Shown here piece by piece: positions 1 through 10,249 of a stretch of DNA of 64,000 nt (positions are counted from its first letter, which is position 1; each line of letters begins with the position of its first letter). The position numbers were made by a program, and so were the translations under genes. The notes beneath the pieces are model-generated. The model was not told the origin of the DNA. It saw only the letters and a list, made by a program, of their open reading frames with translations, and searched no databases. Source of the DNA: a virus (Duplodnaviria; Caudoviricetes); the IMG/VR virus record IMGVR_UViG_3300021431_000084; one strand, 5' to 3'.

Positions 1-1688
1 ATCTCTACTTTTGGTATAGATAAATACTTGTAAACTTCATCGGCTTCTGTATAATCAAAATTCCATAAAGCCTCTGTTTTACTTTCTGCAAAACCTTCGT
101 AAATAGAAAAGTCAAATCGAGAATCAATAGCATTTCTAAATTCTTCATAAGTGGGATAATACTTTACGATTTCTTTAGAAACTCCATTTCCGATTAAAGG
201 AATTCCAAGAGAGCAGATAAACTTGTCAAGACTTACCTCGCGGGCAGTATCGATGGCGTTTAAAATCTTGTCGACAGACGTTGGTCCAAATCCAGGGAGC
301 TGTATCCACTGAGAACGATATTGTTTTAATTCAAATATCGAACTCAAAGATTTAACCCAATCGTTATCTATCAATTTTTCCAAAGTCGCACTTGATAGGC
401 CCTTAATGTCTAATCCCTTCTTACCCACAAAATGGTCTAATCTATTGATTAGTTTAAATGGGCAAGCTGGGTTAGAACAAACAAGAGTAAGTGTTCCACT
501 CTCCGACTTTACTAACTCCGTTTCTCCACCGCAATTACAGTTCTTAGGTAAGGTTATCAGCCTATCCCCGTCGTAATCGTCGCATTTGTCTGCGCTCTCA
601 ATATAAGGTATTATCTGATTTCTTTTGGATACACAAACTTGTTGACCCTGATAAGGAGTCGCACCCAATGTTTCATATAACATACTTATATTGGAGAGTG
701 AAGCTCTGTTGACTGATGTTCCATCAATATCAATTGGATCGAACACCGCAACCGGAGTCAGAACGCCACGTCTACTGGTATCATAAGTGATACCAAGCAA
801 GTGAGTTTCATAACTTTCGTCATAAAACTTGTAAGCAATAGCGTTCTTAAAGTGATGCTCTGTTTGACCAAGAGTTTCTCCATATTGCTTACTTTCAAAC
901 TTAAATACAACTCCATCAATTGGATACTTTTCAGCAGCCAAATTTTGAAGTAAATTAATTGAGCCTTGAATAGCTTCATTATCACTATTAGTAAGACTAA
1001 TATATGGAACTGTTTCAAAACCCAAATAACTTAAAGCTCTAAGTCTGTCACTAAGAAAATCATCTTGTATTCCCTTAATTACTTCCCAAGCAATAAAAGA
1101 CAAGTTTCTGGTCGCACAACACTCAGAATCAAGTAATCTAATAGAACCTGATGCAAAATTGCGGGGGTTCTTAAAAGCATTACTCCAAAACTCAAATTCC
1201 TTTAAGTTACAAATTACTTCACCATCAACTATAAGTTCATCGGTATAAGCAATTTTTTGAGGAATGTTTTTGATTACTTTGGCATTGTGTAAGATATCCT
1301 CTCCCACAAGACCATTTCCACGTGTTTCAGCACTAACTAAATTGCCATCTACATATCTTAATGAACAGGTTAATCCATCCATTTTGCACATAGCAATAAA
1401 AGGGACATTTCCTACAAACTCTTTAACTTCTTCTATACTCTTTGTTTTATCCAAAGAAAGCATAGGGTGGTTATGTTCCACCTTTGAAAGACCTCCCTTA
1501 ATTTCAGTATAATGAATAGACTGAGTTGGGGAGTCGGGATAAATTATGCCGGTTTCCTGTTCTAACTTTTCAAGAGCGAAATAATTATCGTCCCACTCTT
1601 TGTCGGAAATTTCAGGATGACCTTCATCATAAAGTTCCGTGTGTCTGTTCAAGAAATCAATGAGTTCTCGAATTTGTTCCTTTACCAT
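1..1688 (-). CDS. ligA: NAD-dependent DNA ligase (partial, runs off left edge)
   Basis: Manual minus-strand translation from ATG at 1688: MVKEQIRELIDFLNRHTELYDEGHPEISDKEWD...HPMLSLDK...KMDGLT (adenylation motif)...TRGNG...KNPRNFASGS. Absent from the ORF track because it is truncated. Confidence 0.93.
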   Translation of the reverse strand, partial: MVKEQIRELIDFLNRHTELYDEGHPEISDKEWDDNYFALEKLEQETGIIYPDSPTQSIHYTEIKGGLSKVEHNHPMLSLDKTKSIEEVKEFVGNVPFIAMCKMDGLTCSLRYVDGNLVSAETRGNGLVGEDILHNAKVIKNIPQKIAYTDELIVDGEVICNLKEFEFWSNAFKNPRNFASGSIRLLDSECCATRNLSFIAWEVIKGIQDDFLSDRLRALSYLGFETVPYISLTNSDNEAIQGSINLLQNLAAEKYPIDGVVFKFESKQYGETLGQTEHHFKNAIAYKFYDESYETHLLGITYDTSRRGVLTPVAVFDPIDIDGTSVNRASLSNISMLYETLGATPYQGQQVCVSKRNQIIPYIESADKCDDYDGDRLITLPKNCNCGGETELVKSESGTLTLVCSNPACPFKLINRLDHFVGKKGLDIKGLSSATLEKLIDNDWVKSLSSIFELKQYRSQWIQLPGFGPTSVDKILNAIDTAREVSLDKFICSLGIPLIGNGVSKEIVKYYPTYEEFRNAIDSRFDFSIYEGFAESKTEALWNFDYTEADEVYKYLSIPKVE

Positions 1689-1783
1689 TTAGTTAGTTTC
1701 CTTTTCACTTTTCTATATATATATTATATCAAAAAAAATAAGAAAAGTCAACTAAGATTTTTTGACTTAGTTGACTTTGTATC

Positions 1784-4105
1784 TTATATTTTAGATATTG
1801 AGTTAATATCGCCCTTGATAAGTGCATTACCAACAGACGCTCTACTTAAAAGAGGTATCTCCTTAGCAGATATGCATATGGAGTTATTCGTACCTATAAT
1901 AAGAACTGAATCTTCATCAGAGATCAAGGCACCGCCCGCAACCTCTGTCTTTGTTAATTTAATACCCTTTCCTCCACGCTTCTGTGTAATAAGTTCAGAT
2001 AACTTAATTTTCTTACCAGAACCATTTACATTAAAGATACCAAGAGAGTCATTAGCATCTCTTATAGGAAGTGCGGCTATTACATAATCATCGGGGTTTA
2101 AGTTAATTCCCTTGACACCACCGGCAGTTCTACCAGTAGGAGATACATCGGTACTCTTAAACTTAATTCCCATTCCTTGTCTTGTCATAATTACAATATC
2201 TTCTTCTGAAAGAAGACTTACTGATACAATATGGTCTCCTTCTGCAAGATTGATTGCGGCAATACCTGTTCTCTTTCTTGTTTTTGTGAATTCTTCCAAA
2301 CTTGTCTTTTTAATGACACCATTTTGAGTTACAAACAAGACATATTTTGCATCTGTACCATGAACAATTGAGTAAATAAGACTTGGCTCTTCACCCTGTT
2401 CCATTTCTACTAATGCATGAACAGAAGTACCAACAGACACATTAGTTCCTACGGGAATATTATCTACAAGAATTCTATACATTTTTCCCTTATTTGTGAA
2501 TATCATAAGCGAATCAATAGTATTAGTTCTAATAGTTGCAACTGTAATATCACCAGTTGTCTTAACTCCCTTACCATTTTTACGTTGTGTGCGGAAGCTT
2601 GTTGCTGGGATCCTCTTGATCAGGCCCGATTCGGTCATTGTTACGATGCACTTTTCCGGTTCAACATAAACAATTTCCTTCTCTTCCTTTGTTGGAGTAT
2701 CCAATTGAAGTAATTCTGTTCTTCTATTGTCTCCATACTTTTCAACGATTTTGTGAAGTCTTTCCTTAATAATGTCTTTAACTCTTTCAACATCAGCAAG
2801 AATAGCCTTCATATCGGCTATCTTTTCAACCAACTCCTTCTTCTCTTGCTCAAGTTCAATCTTCTCCAATTTAGCAAGACTTGACAATCTCATAGCAAGA
2901 ATAGCTTTTGCCTGTACGTCATCCAGGCCATACTTTGCACAGAGGGCACTGGCCGCACTTGCACTATTCTCAGATTTTTTAATTAACTGAATAACATTAT
3001 CAATATCTTCAAGAGCAATTAACAAACCTTCAACAATGTGAAGTCTTGCTTCAGCTGCATCCAAATCGAACTTAACTTCTCTTCTAATGCACTCAATATT
3101 ATGCTCAACATATGTCTTACAACAATCCTTAAGGCTCATTAAAGTAGGAACCTTGTTTACTAATGCCACTTGGTTATAAGCATATGACTTCTGTAAATCA
3201 GTCTTTGCGAATAACTTTCTCATTACTACTTCTGGGTTGGTGTCTTTGTTACATTTAATTAAAATCTTAACACCCTTATTATTAGTCTGGTCTAATACCT
3301 CACTAATTCCCATGTTATCAGTTTCAGTAACACTATCAATATCGTCAAGAATTTTTTCAATAGTGGTTTCATAAGGAATTTCAGTTATAGTAATAACCTG
3401 TCCCTTAACAGAGTATTTTGCTCTTACTTTTACCGAGCCCTTACCTGACTTCATAATATTAGCAAAGTCATTCTTATTTATAACTACTCCACCTGTTGGG
3501 AAATCAGGACCGGGAAGTGTAGGTTCCTCACCATTCATATAAGCCAAGATAGCTTTTTCAACTTCTCTTAAGTTATGACAACCCCACTTACAAGCCATCG
3601 CAACTCCAATTCCTGCATTTGGGTTACATAATAAGTTAGGAAAGATAGCGGGAAGAATAGTAGGTTCTTCATCAGCATCATCATAAGTTGGCATAAAAGG
3701 AACATTATTCTTTTTAATTCCAGCCAATAATCCTTCTTCACTTAATTTAGCAAGACGTCCTTCTGTATATCTGTGTGCGGCCGGGCCATCTCCATTAATT
3801 GAACCTTGGTTACCATGGAAATCAATCAACGGATATCTCATTACCCAGTCTTGAGATAAACGAACAAGTGCTTCGTAAATTGAACTATCTCCATGAGGGT
3901 GATATGAACCCATTACATCACCAACAATTCTTGCATTTTTTACATAAGGCTTACTTGAAGTTCTACCATTTGCATAAGCACCATATAAAATTCGTCTTGC
4001 TACTGGTTTTAAACCTGTTACGTCCGGGATAGCACGATCCATGTTTACCGCAGCAGCATAGTCTATAAAGTTTTGTGACATTTCATGTGTTAAATCTAAA
4101 CTCAT
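1784..4105 (-). CDS. gyrA: Type IIA topoisomerase subunit A (GyrA/ParC-like)
   Basis: RAIPDV.GLKPV.RR, YHPHGDSSIY, AAHRYTE catalytic Tyr, C-terminal pinwheel repeats (QRKNGKG, QKRGGKG). Confidence 0.95.
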   Translation of the reverse strand: MSLDLTHEMSQNFIDYAAAVNMDRAIPDVTGLKPVARRILYGAYANGRTSSKPYVKNARIVGDVMGSYHPHGDSSIYEALVRLSQDWVMRYPLIDFHGNQGSINGDGPAAHRYTEGRLAKLSEEGLLAGIKKNNVPFMPTYDDADEEPTILPAIFPNLLCNPNAGIGVAMACKWGCHNLREVEKAILAYMNGEEPTLPGPDFPTGGVVINKNDFANIMKSGKGSVKVRAKYSVKGQVITITEIPYETTIEKILDDIDSVTETDNMGISEVLDQTNNKGVKILIKCNKDTNPEVVMRKLFAKTDLQKSYAYNQVALVNKVPTLMSLKDCCKTYVEHNIECIRREVKFDLDAAEARLHIVEGLLIALEDIDNVIQLIKKSENSASAASALCAKYGLDDVQAKAILAMRLSSLAKLEKIELEQEKKELVEKIADMKAILADVERVKDIIKERLHKIVEKYGDNRRTELLQLDTPTKEEKEIVYVEPEKCIVTMTESGLIKRIPATSFRTQRKNGKGVKTTGDITVATIRTNTIDSLMIFTNKGKMYRILVDNIPVGTNVSVGTSVHALVEMEQGEEPSLIYSIVHGTDAKYVLFVTQNGVIKKTSLEEFTKTRKRTGIAAINLAEGDHIVSVSLLSEEDIVIMTRQGMGIKFKSTDVSPTGRTAGGVKGINLNPDDYVIAALPIRDANDSLGIFNVNGSGKKIKLSELITQKRGGKGIKLTKTEVAGGALISDEDSVLIIGTNNSICISAKEIPLLSRASVGNALIKGDINSISKI

Positions 4106-4116
4106 TCTTTTCTCCT

Positions 4117-6021
4117 TTATACCTCATACTTTGCTTCTGCAGAATGTTTCTGGATAAATTCTTTTCTTGGTGTTACACTTGTGCCCATAAGGTCGTCAAA
4201 TAATTTATCTGCCTTCTTAGCGTCTTCAACAAGAACCTGATTAATTATTCTCTGTTCTGGATCAACCAAAATCATGGTCTCGTCCTTGTCCATCTCACCC
4301 AATCCCTTCATTCGAGTCAAAGTCAACTTCTTACCGGGATGTGCGGCACGATATTCTTCAAGAGCTTTATCATCCTTTAAGTAAACATACTTATCTTTTG
4401 TCTCTGTAACTCTATAAAGAGGAGGGATACCAGCATATACATAACCTTGTTCAATAAGTTCAGGACAAAAAGTCCAAATGAATGTATAGAACAGGTTCTT
4501 GATGTGCGCGCCATCTACATCGGCATCTGACTCAATGATAATCTTACCATATCTTAATTCATCTGGCTTGAAAGTTAATTTCATTGTCTTAGGATTAACA
4601 GTAAGACCAAAAGCATCTATCATTGTCATAATCTCTGCATTTTTCTGAATATCTGATAAACTTGCTTTTCTTACATTCAAAATCTTACCACGAATAGGAA
4701 GTACCGCTTGATACTCATTATCTCTTGCAAGTTTAAGATTACCGGAAGCAGAATCTCCCTCTGTAATATAAATCTCACACTTCTTTCTATCTTTTGAACT
4801 TGCATCAGCAAGTTTACTATCAAACTTAAGAGCCTTTTGCTTTTTCTTTTCAGCTCCAGTTCTCGCTGCATCTCTTGCTTTTCTTGCAGCCTCTCTTGCC
4901 TTTCTTGCGTTGATAGACTTATCAGCAATTAATTTAATTTCTTTCTCATTGACCAACATCCAATTATATAATTCTGTTGCAATTGCTGATGTAAAAGGAA
5001 GCATATCAATTTTAGTTACTGTACTCTTAACCTGTGCATCATAAGAAACATTTGGAGTAGTAACATTAAATACTACATACATTCCCTCTTGAAGGTCATC
5101 ACCAGAAAGATTTTCATCTTTTTCTTTAAGCCAACCTTTTTCTCTAAAGAACTTATTAAATTCTCTTGTGAAAATTGTCTTTATTAAGGTAATATGAGTA
5201 CCTTTTTCTGTTAAACCTGTATTTACATAAGGTATTAAAGTAAGACTATAATTAGAAGTATAAGTTAAAACCATATCTAACTTATATTTACCACTTATAA
5301 AATTCATATTAAATCTATTTTGAATTAACTCAGTATCTTTAACACCAGCAGTAACTAAGTCATTAAGTCCATTTTTAGAATAATAAACTACATTTGTACC
5401 ATTATCATTTAAGTTAATGATTAAACCAGGACATAAACAAGCCAAAGTATTAAATAAAGATTTAATTTTACTTATTTCTACTTCAGTATGAGTAAAAAAT
5501 TCTTCACTTGGGAGCCAAGAAACCGTTGTTCCATGTTCACTCTTGTCACAAGTACCTTTTTCTCTTTTTTCAAATACGCCCTCTTTGAACCAAACTTTTT
5601 CTGTTTTACCATCTCTTTTGGTTTCAACAATAAGCCAATGTGAAAGAAACGTAGTAATTTTACTTCCAATACCAAAACTACCAAGAGACGTGCCCTCATA
5701 GGTGCCATCCTCTCTGTATTTTCCCGAGGTATTTAATACACTAAAAGCAGCTTCAAGAATTGACTTTCCATCTTCTCTAAATTCATTGGGAATAAAACCT
5801 TGACCAAAATCTTGTACTGTTATTTCAGAATTATTAATAGAAACATTAATTTTATCACCGTGACCCAATCTAAACTCATCAATAGAGTTAGAAATTATCT
5901 CTACCAAAAGTTGTGTACTATAATTTGTGTCACCACAATATACACCAGGCTTTAATCTCGTAAAAGACAATGGATCAAGTGACTCAATAGAATCTTTATT
6001 ATATAAATTCTTATCAGTCAT
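4117..6021 (-). CDS. gyrB: Type IIA topoisomerase subunit B (GyrB/ParE-like)
   Basis: GHKL ATPase motifs (EIISNSIDE, DFGQG), TOPRIM EGDSA, PIRGKILN, DADVDG, KGLGEM. Start set at MTDKNLY after an AGGAG RBS. Confidence 0.95.
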   Translation of the reverse strand: MTDKNLYNKDSIESLDPLSFTRLKPGVYCGDTNYSTQLLVEIISNSIDEFRLGHGDKINVSINNSEITVQDFGQGFIPNEFREDGKSILEAAFSVLNTSGKYREDGTYEGTSLGSFGIGSKITTFLSHWLIVETKRDGKTEKVWFKEGVFEKREKGTCDKSEHGTTVSWLPSEEFFTHTEVEISKIKSLFNTLACLCPGLIINLNDNGTNVVYYSKNGLNDLVTAGVKDTELIQNRFNMNFISGKYKLDMVLTYTSNYSLTLIPYVNTGLTEKGTHITLIKTIFTREFNKFFREKGWLKEKDENLSGDDLQEGMYVVFNVTTPNVSYDAQVKSTVTKIDMLPFTSAIATELYNWMLVNEKEIKLIADKSINARKAREAARKARDAARTGAEKKKQKALKFDSKLADASSKDRKKCEIYITEGDSASGNLKLARDNEYQAVLPIRGKILNVRKASLSDIQKNAEIMTMIDAFGLTVNPKTMKLTFKPDELRYGKIIIESDADVDGAHIKNLFYTFIWTFCPELIEQGYVYAGIPPLYRVTETKDKYVYLKDDKALEEYRAAHPGKKLTLTRMKGLGEMDKDETMILVDPEQRIINQVLVEDAKKADKLFDDLMGTSVTPRKEFIQKHSAEAKYEV

Positions 6022-6145
6022 TCTTTTTCTCCTTTTTATAGTTTTCAATAATATTATAACATAAAATTTCAAAATTGTCAAATTAGAGTTTTATGACCAA
6101 GAATTTTGGAATTTTTCAAAAAAATTGTATAATATTTTTAGGCAT

Positions 6146-6196
6146 AAAAAAAATCCCCCGATAGATAAAGACAAACATCTAAATCTATCGGGGGGT
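6146..6196 (-). terminator. Intrinsic terminator after endolysin
   Basis: CCCCCGATAGA...TCTATCGGGGG inverted repeat followed by a T-run on the minus strand. Confidence 0.7.
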
Positions 6197-6238
6197 AATA
6201 ATAATAATTAAATTAAATATATAATATGTTTATCTTTA

Positions 6239-7240
6239 TCAAATTTTAGTAGTGTATTTAAGTGAAATATATTGTTCTGTTCCAATTTTTCCCCAACCAT
6301 TGGTTTCTTCAAGAATAGTTACAACATAACCAAAAGGAAGAGCACTTCTTACAGTACGATAATTTGTACCAGGGCCCTTTCTTACATTAAGTCCTGATTT
6401 TGAAGTTACTTTTGCTTTGTAACCCATTGCCTGAGTAGGTGTAGAAGCTGTTCTAAGTGCGGAGAGAGCATTAGCCATTGCCGCACGAGAATGCTTACCA
6501 TAAATGCCATCTTGTTTTAAACCAAACTTTTTCTGGAAGGCTAAAAGAGCATTATTAGTATTCTTACCGAAATCACCATCAATAGTTAAATTAGTACCAA
6601 GAACTGCATTTAAATTTCTTTGAAGTTCTCTAACATCGTCACCCTCACAACCTTTTAACAAATCTCTTACTGTTGGAGTGGAAGTTGTACTTTCATTTGC
6701 TTTAGAACCATTCTCAATAGCAATTACAACATGGTGCTTTTCATTAAGAATAATATCTCCTTCAAGTAAGTAATCACCTGATGTAAGGTACTTCTTCTCG
6801 GTCAGAATCGTGAACTCGCCACTGGCCGCACACAAACTCTTCAAATCGCCAGTATATGCCAATTTGTTTTCTCTATTTTTATTTCTCATTTTCTCTTCTG
6901 GTGTACCAGTAGCAACAATAACTGCAGCAACAAGAGCACTACAATCTGTTTCTGTTGGTTTTGTAATCTTAGAGAAATCATTACCAACCTTTTTAACCTC
7001 AGTTAAAAGACTTTCTCTTTGCCACTGGTCATATCCAATATTATCATTGGCACAAGCAGCCTTCATTGCTTCAGCCATTCTATGTGCCTTTTTTCTATCT
7101 TTTGGTCGTATAACTACGTCCCAACCAGTTTTACCATAACTATACCAATTAGTAATTTTTACCTCTTTTCCATTTTGGTCTCCGGCCTTGCCGCCGTGAG
7201 CCTGTCCCTTTTCATCTATTGAGGCTTGTGCTATTCTCAT
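6239..7240 (-). CDS. Endolysin: NlpC/P60-CHAP-like catalytic domain + peptidoglycan-binding domain + SH3b
   Basis: TDCSAL (Cys) and HHV motifs; GDDVRELQ..L...DGDFG..T..AL..FQ...GL..DGIYG PG-binding motif; LNVRKGPGTNY..GWG SH3b. Confidence 0.85.
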   Translation of the reverse strand: MRIAQASIDEKGQAHGGKAGDQNGKEVKITNWYSYGKTGWDVVIRPKDRKKAHRMAEAMKAACANDNIGYDQWQRESLLTEVKKVGNDFSKITKPTETDCSALVAAVIVATGTPEEKMRNKNRENKLAYTGDLKSLCAASGEFTILTEKKYLTSGDYLLEGDIILNEKHHVVIAIENGSKANESTTSTPTVRDLLKGCEGDDVRELQRNLNAVLGTNLTIDGDFGKNTNNALLAFQKKFGLKQDGIYGKHSRAAMANALSALRTASTPTQAMGYKAKVTSKSGLNVRKGPGTNYRTVRSALPFGYVVTILEETNGWGKIGTEQYISLKYTTKI

Positions 7241-7421
7241 TTTTCATTTCCTCCTTTACCAATATGTTTTTTGTAAACCCAATGTACAAAGACATATACC
7301 TGAACCACCATTTTTAGGATTATTAGAACAGGTATCACAAGGACTTATAGTTTTATATTCTTGTTTTGTATAATTATAAAAACTTATATCTTTAAATTCA
7401 AAATCTTCATACTTGTCCATA

Positions 7422-8654
7422 TTACATCTCCTCTGCCTTTTGGGCAATCTTACTTCTGTGACAGTTCTTTAAATAAGCAGTACCAAAATACGGCTCATTT
7501 TTAAAGACCTGACATAATCTTTTTAATCCATTATTCGCACCTTCATAATCTACCATATCAACTTGTGTGAAATCATCGCCACAGATAACGCAAACTGAAT
7601 CTTCTCCAATTCTCTGTAACATTAATTTCATCATTTCAACAGTTGAATTTTGTGCTTCATCTATATAAATTCCACAATTCATACCTGTACTATCAAAACC
7701 TCTAATATCAGATACGGGGAGCAATAGTAATTTATCCTCTGCAATAAGTTTTTCTACTGCAACAATATCTCCAAGTTTACTAGCCAATAAGTTACCCACT
7801 TGCGAGTCCAAAAGTTTTTCATCTCTGGTGCCAGGGTAGAATCCAAGCTTGGCACTTCCCTTCGTAGCGACCGTGTTGCAAAAAACAATGATCTTGTCAA
7901 TCTTTCCATTGTCCAACAGGGCAAAAAGATATCCAAGACCCAGATAACTCTTACCAGTACCAGCTGGGCCGCGCAGGACAGTCAACTTATTTCTTATTAA
8001 ACTATCACATGCCATTTTCTGATATATATCATCTTTTAAAGGTTTTGTTTCACCAAAATAGTTAGAGAAGAAAGCATTGGTTTTAATTCTTTTATGCTCT
8101 TCTCCTGTCCATACATATAAGTCTAATATATTTCCAAAAGTATCTTTGATAACCACATATTCATTAACAAAAAGATTAAACATATTATTTCCCAAATTAG
8201 AATAAAAGTCACACATTTGAGCTTCAGTAAGCATAACTTCCTTATACCCAAAATATTCTTCTTCTTTGACTTCTTCTACTGGTGTTACTTGTTTTAGTAC
8301 CAGTTGTGCAATATTGCGACAAGCTCTATCGCCAGTTACAAACTCAACATCTTTTCTTTTAGAATAAAAATGTGGTTTGTTTAAGTAACATGCACAAGCA
8401 ACTATTTTAGCATCATCGTTAATTTCTAAGTCAAGTTTCTTCAATGGTTTAAGCATTTTATTTTGAAAAGTTACTACTTCGTGACGAACTGCATCCAAAT
8501 CACGTAGTGCTCTTCTTGCCTTGTATTTCACTTCGTCACTTTTTCTTTCAGAGTTCTTAATATTTTCCAACTCTTTTAAAGTAATTGAAGATATTGCAAA
8601 GTCCTCTGCAGGCAGTTTTCCAGATAACAAAGCGTTAGTATCTAAGAATTTCAT
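7422..8654 (-). CDS. phoH: PhoH-family protein with N-terminal PIN domain
   Basis: N-terminal LDTN PIN motif, GPAGTGKS Walker A, LGFYPG, IRG, IDEAQN, GD..Q.D, HRS. Confidence 0.9.
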   Translation of the reverse strand: MKFLDTNALLSGKLPAEDFAISSITLKELENIKNSERKSDEVKYKARRALRDLDAVRHEVVTFQNKMLKPLKKLDLEINDDAKIVACACYLNKPHFYSKRKDVEFVTGDRACRNIAQLVLKQVTPVEEVKEEEYFGYKEVMLTEAQMCDFYSNLGNNMFNLFVNEYVVIKDTFGNILDLYVWTGEEHKRIKTNAFFSNYFGETKPLKDDIYQKMACDSLIRNKLTVLRGPAGTGKSYLGLGYLFALLDNGKIDKIIVFCNTVATKGSAKLGFYPGTRDEKLLDSQVGNLLASKLGDIVAVEKLIAEDKLLLLPVSDIRGFDSTGMNCGIYIDEAQNSTVEMMKLMLQRIGEDSVCVICGDDFTQVDMVDYEGANNGLKRLCQVFKNEPYFGTAYLKNCHRSKIAQKAEEM

Positions 8655-8899
8655 TCTTCTTCTTCCTCCGGTTCTTCTTCATCATCATTACAAATATAAC
8701 AACTTGTATCAAAACCAATAGCTGGAGCACGCTCCACCTCATCGTTGTCTATTTCTTGTTGAATTTTCACCATTTGTAATTGAATTTTTCCTTTTAATAG
8801 TTCAAGTTTCATACAAATGAATGATATAAAAGATTCAATAACCGGTAATGCAATTTCAGCAAATGCTATACCAAGGATAAAATATAACAATTCTGTCAT
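8651..8899 (-). CDS. Small membrane protein (single N-terminal TM, acidic tail)
   Basis: Hydrophobic LLYFILGIAFAEIALPVI segment; AGGAGG RBS; first gene of the PhoH/endolysin unit. Confidence 0.55.
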   Translation of the reverse strand: MTELLYFILGIAFAEIALPVIESFISFICMKLELLKGKIQLQMVKIQQEIDNDEVERAPAIGFDTSCYICNDDEEEPEEEEE

Positions 8900-8968
8900 A
8901 TTATGTCCTCCTTTTCCTCTTACTTCTGGGAACATTCCCTAATATATATAAAAAATAAGGAGGGTTTT

Positions 8969-9409
8969 TTATCCCTCCTTGACCAATCCTCTATGTTTAC
9001 GAGTTTTTTGATAAAATTCTTCTTTCAATTTAATATATTCAGCGGTTTCTTCTAATTTAAATTTCTTAAATTCATTAAGTTCAGTTATATCAGATCGAAT
9101 TTCATGCATCTTTTTACGCATACGTCTTGCCTCGAAAGATTTAGGATTGAATTTCTTACATTGAGCCATTTCATTATACAAAGATTCAATTGCTTTAAGT
9201 TGAGGTTTAAGTTCTTTATTTATAATATAAGTTAAATGTTTAACCTGAGCTCTGTTAAGTGCGATAAATGTTCCAACTTTTTCACTCTTCATATCCTGAT
9301 CTTGCTCATGGCACTTAGCGGTACCAACAAAGGTCATTCCATTTTCGTGAATTGTAACAATGGCTAGACCAAGTTCTTCTTCCCAACTATACACATATTT
9401 TACTGACAT
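8969..9409 (-). CDS. Hypothetical protein
   Basis: 146-aa ORF with RBS; G.AKCH..D...EK.G..IA..RA motif and coiled C-terminus. Confidence 0.65.
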   Translation of the reverse strand: MSVKYVYSWEEELGLAIVTIHENGMTFVGTAKCHEQDQDMKSEKVGTFIALNRAQVKHLTYIINKELKPQLKAIESLYNEMAQCKKFNPKSFEARRMRKKMHEIRSDITELNEFKKFKLEETAEYIKLKEEFYQKTRKHRGLVKEG

Positions 9410-9534
9410 AGAAAACTCCTTTTATCATTTTCTAATATTGTAACATTTTTTTTGACTTTTCCAAAGAAAAATTTGTATAGGTGCGGGCGTTGTTCAAGAC
9501 GATCGCGGGGGTTAATTAAAACCCCCCGCATTGA

Positions 9535-9801
9535 TTACCTCCAACTTGATCTAACTATCCAACGCTTTCTTCCTTTGTCAAGATATAAAATACCGTGGTC
9601 ATCAAGATCGTACTCAGCCATATTATTAAGTGCCTCCATAGCTTCTTCCTTTGTGTCACAAACTATATCGTAATGTAGAGTTAAGTTACCATGATAACCT
9701 TTGGCAAGACCGGGAGTAAACGCAAACGCGTTCAAATGTCTAAGTATCTTGGACTCAGAAGTATTAAAATCATATGTAGTATATTTATAGTTAAGTAACA
9801 T
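9535..9801 (-). CDS. Hypothetical protein
   Basis: Tightly coupled to the upstream ORF. Confidence 0.6.
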   Translation of the reverse strand: MLLNYKYTTYDFNTSESKILRHLNAFAFTPGLAKGYHGNLTLHYDIVCDTKEEAMEALNNMAEYDLDDHGILYLDKGRKRWIVRSSWR

Positions 9802-9803
9802 AT

Positions 9804-10121
9804 TTAATTCACCCCCATTATCTTGTTCTCGTTCTTGAGTGTCGCATCGACCCTCGCCGCAAGCTCTCCATAAGTTAAAATTCTATTTTGATGTTCATCA
9901 AAATTACCATTATTAAACTCAAATAAAAAATCTTCGTAAGTATAATTGTCATCACACTCACAAAAATTAACTTCTTGTTTACAATGAATACAGTAAAGTT
10001 TTTTTAAATGTCCTTGTTCTCGATACTGACATCGTTTTCGAGCAATATTTATGCCCTTATTCCCACACTTGCAACAATAAAACTCGTGCGAGAAATCAAA
10101 GCTTCTATTTTGTTTTCCCAT
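9804..10121 (-). CDS. Zn-ribbon protein
   Basis: CCKC and CIHC pairs; has its own sigma-A promoter. Confidence 0.6.
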   Translation of the reverse strand: MGKQNRSFDFSHEFYCCKCGNKGINIARKRCQYREQGHLKKLYCIHCKQEVNFCECDDNYTYEDFLFEFNNGNFDEHQNRILTYGELAARVDATLKNENKIMGVN

Positions 10122-10162
10122 TCATTATCACTTCTTTCTTTTCTATTTTTTTTTACATATAT

Positions 10163-10191
10163 ATTATATCATAAAAAAGAAGTTCTGTCAA
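10163..10191 (-). promoter_or_regulatory. Representative strong sigma-A promoter (more than 25 similar copies in the window)
   Basis: TTGACA-N17-TATAAT with extended TG and an ATATAT tail. Similar sites near 1750, 6080, 19310, 21690, 36060, 38440, 39535, 41230, 44710, 44960, 45850, 49105, 50705, 50805, 52645, 53600, 55045, 56670, 62540 and 63857. Confidence 0.85.
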
Positions 10192-10249
10192 TATAAATTT
10201 TTATAAATAGGTATAAAAAAAGAGGACTCTAAACGAGTCCTCTAAAATT

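Noticed and set aside
1-6021. Bacterial chromosome (ligA/gyrA/gyrB)
   Set aside because: The genes are divergent and compact, and sit among endolysin, tail genes, CCA-encoding tRNA arrays and phage-style promoter cassettes.
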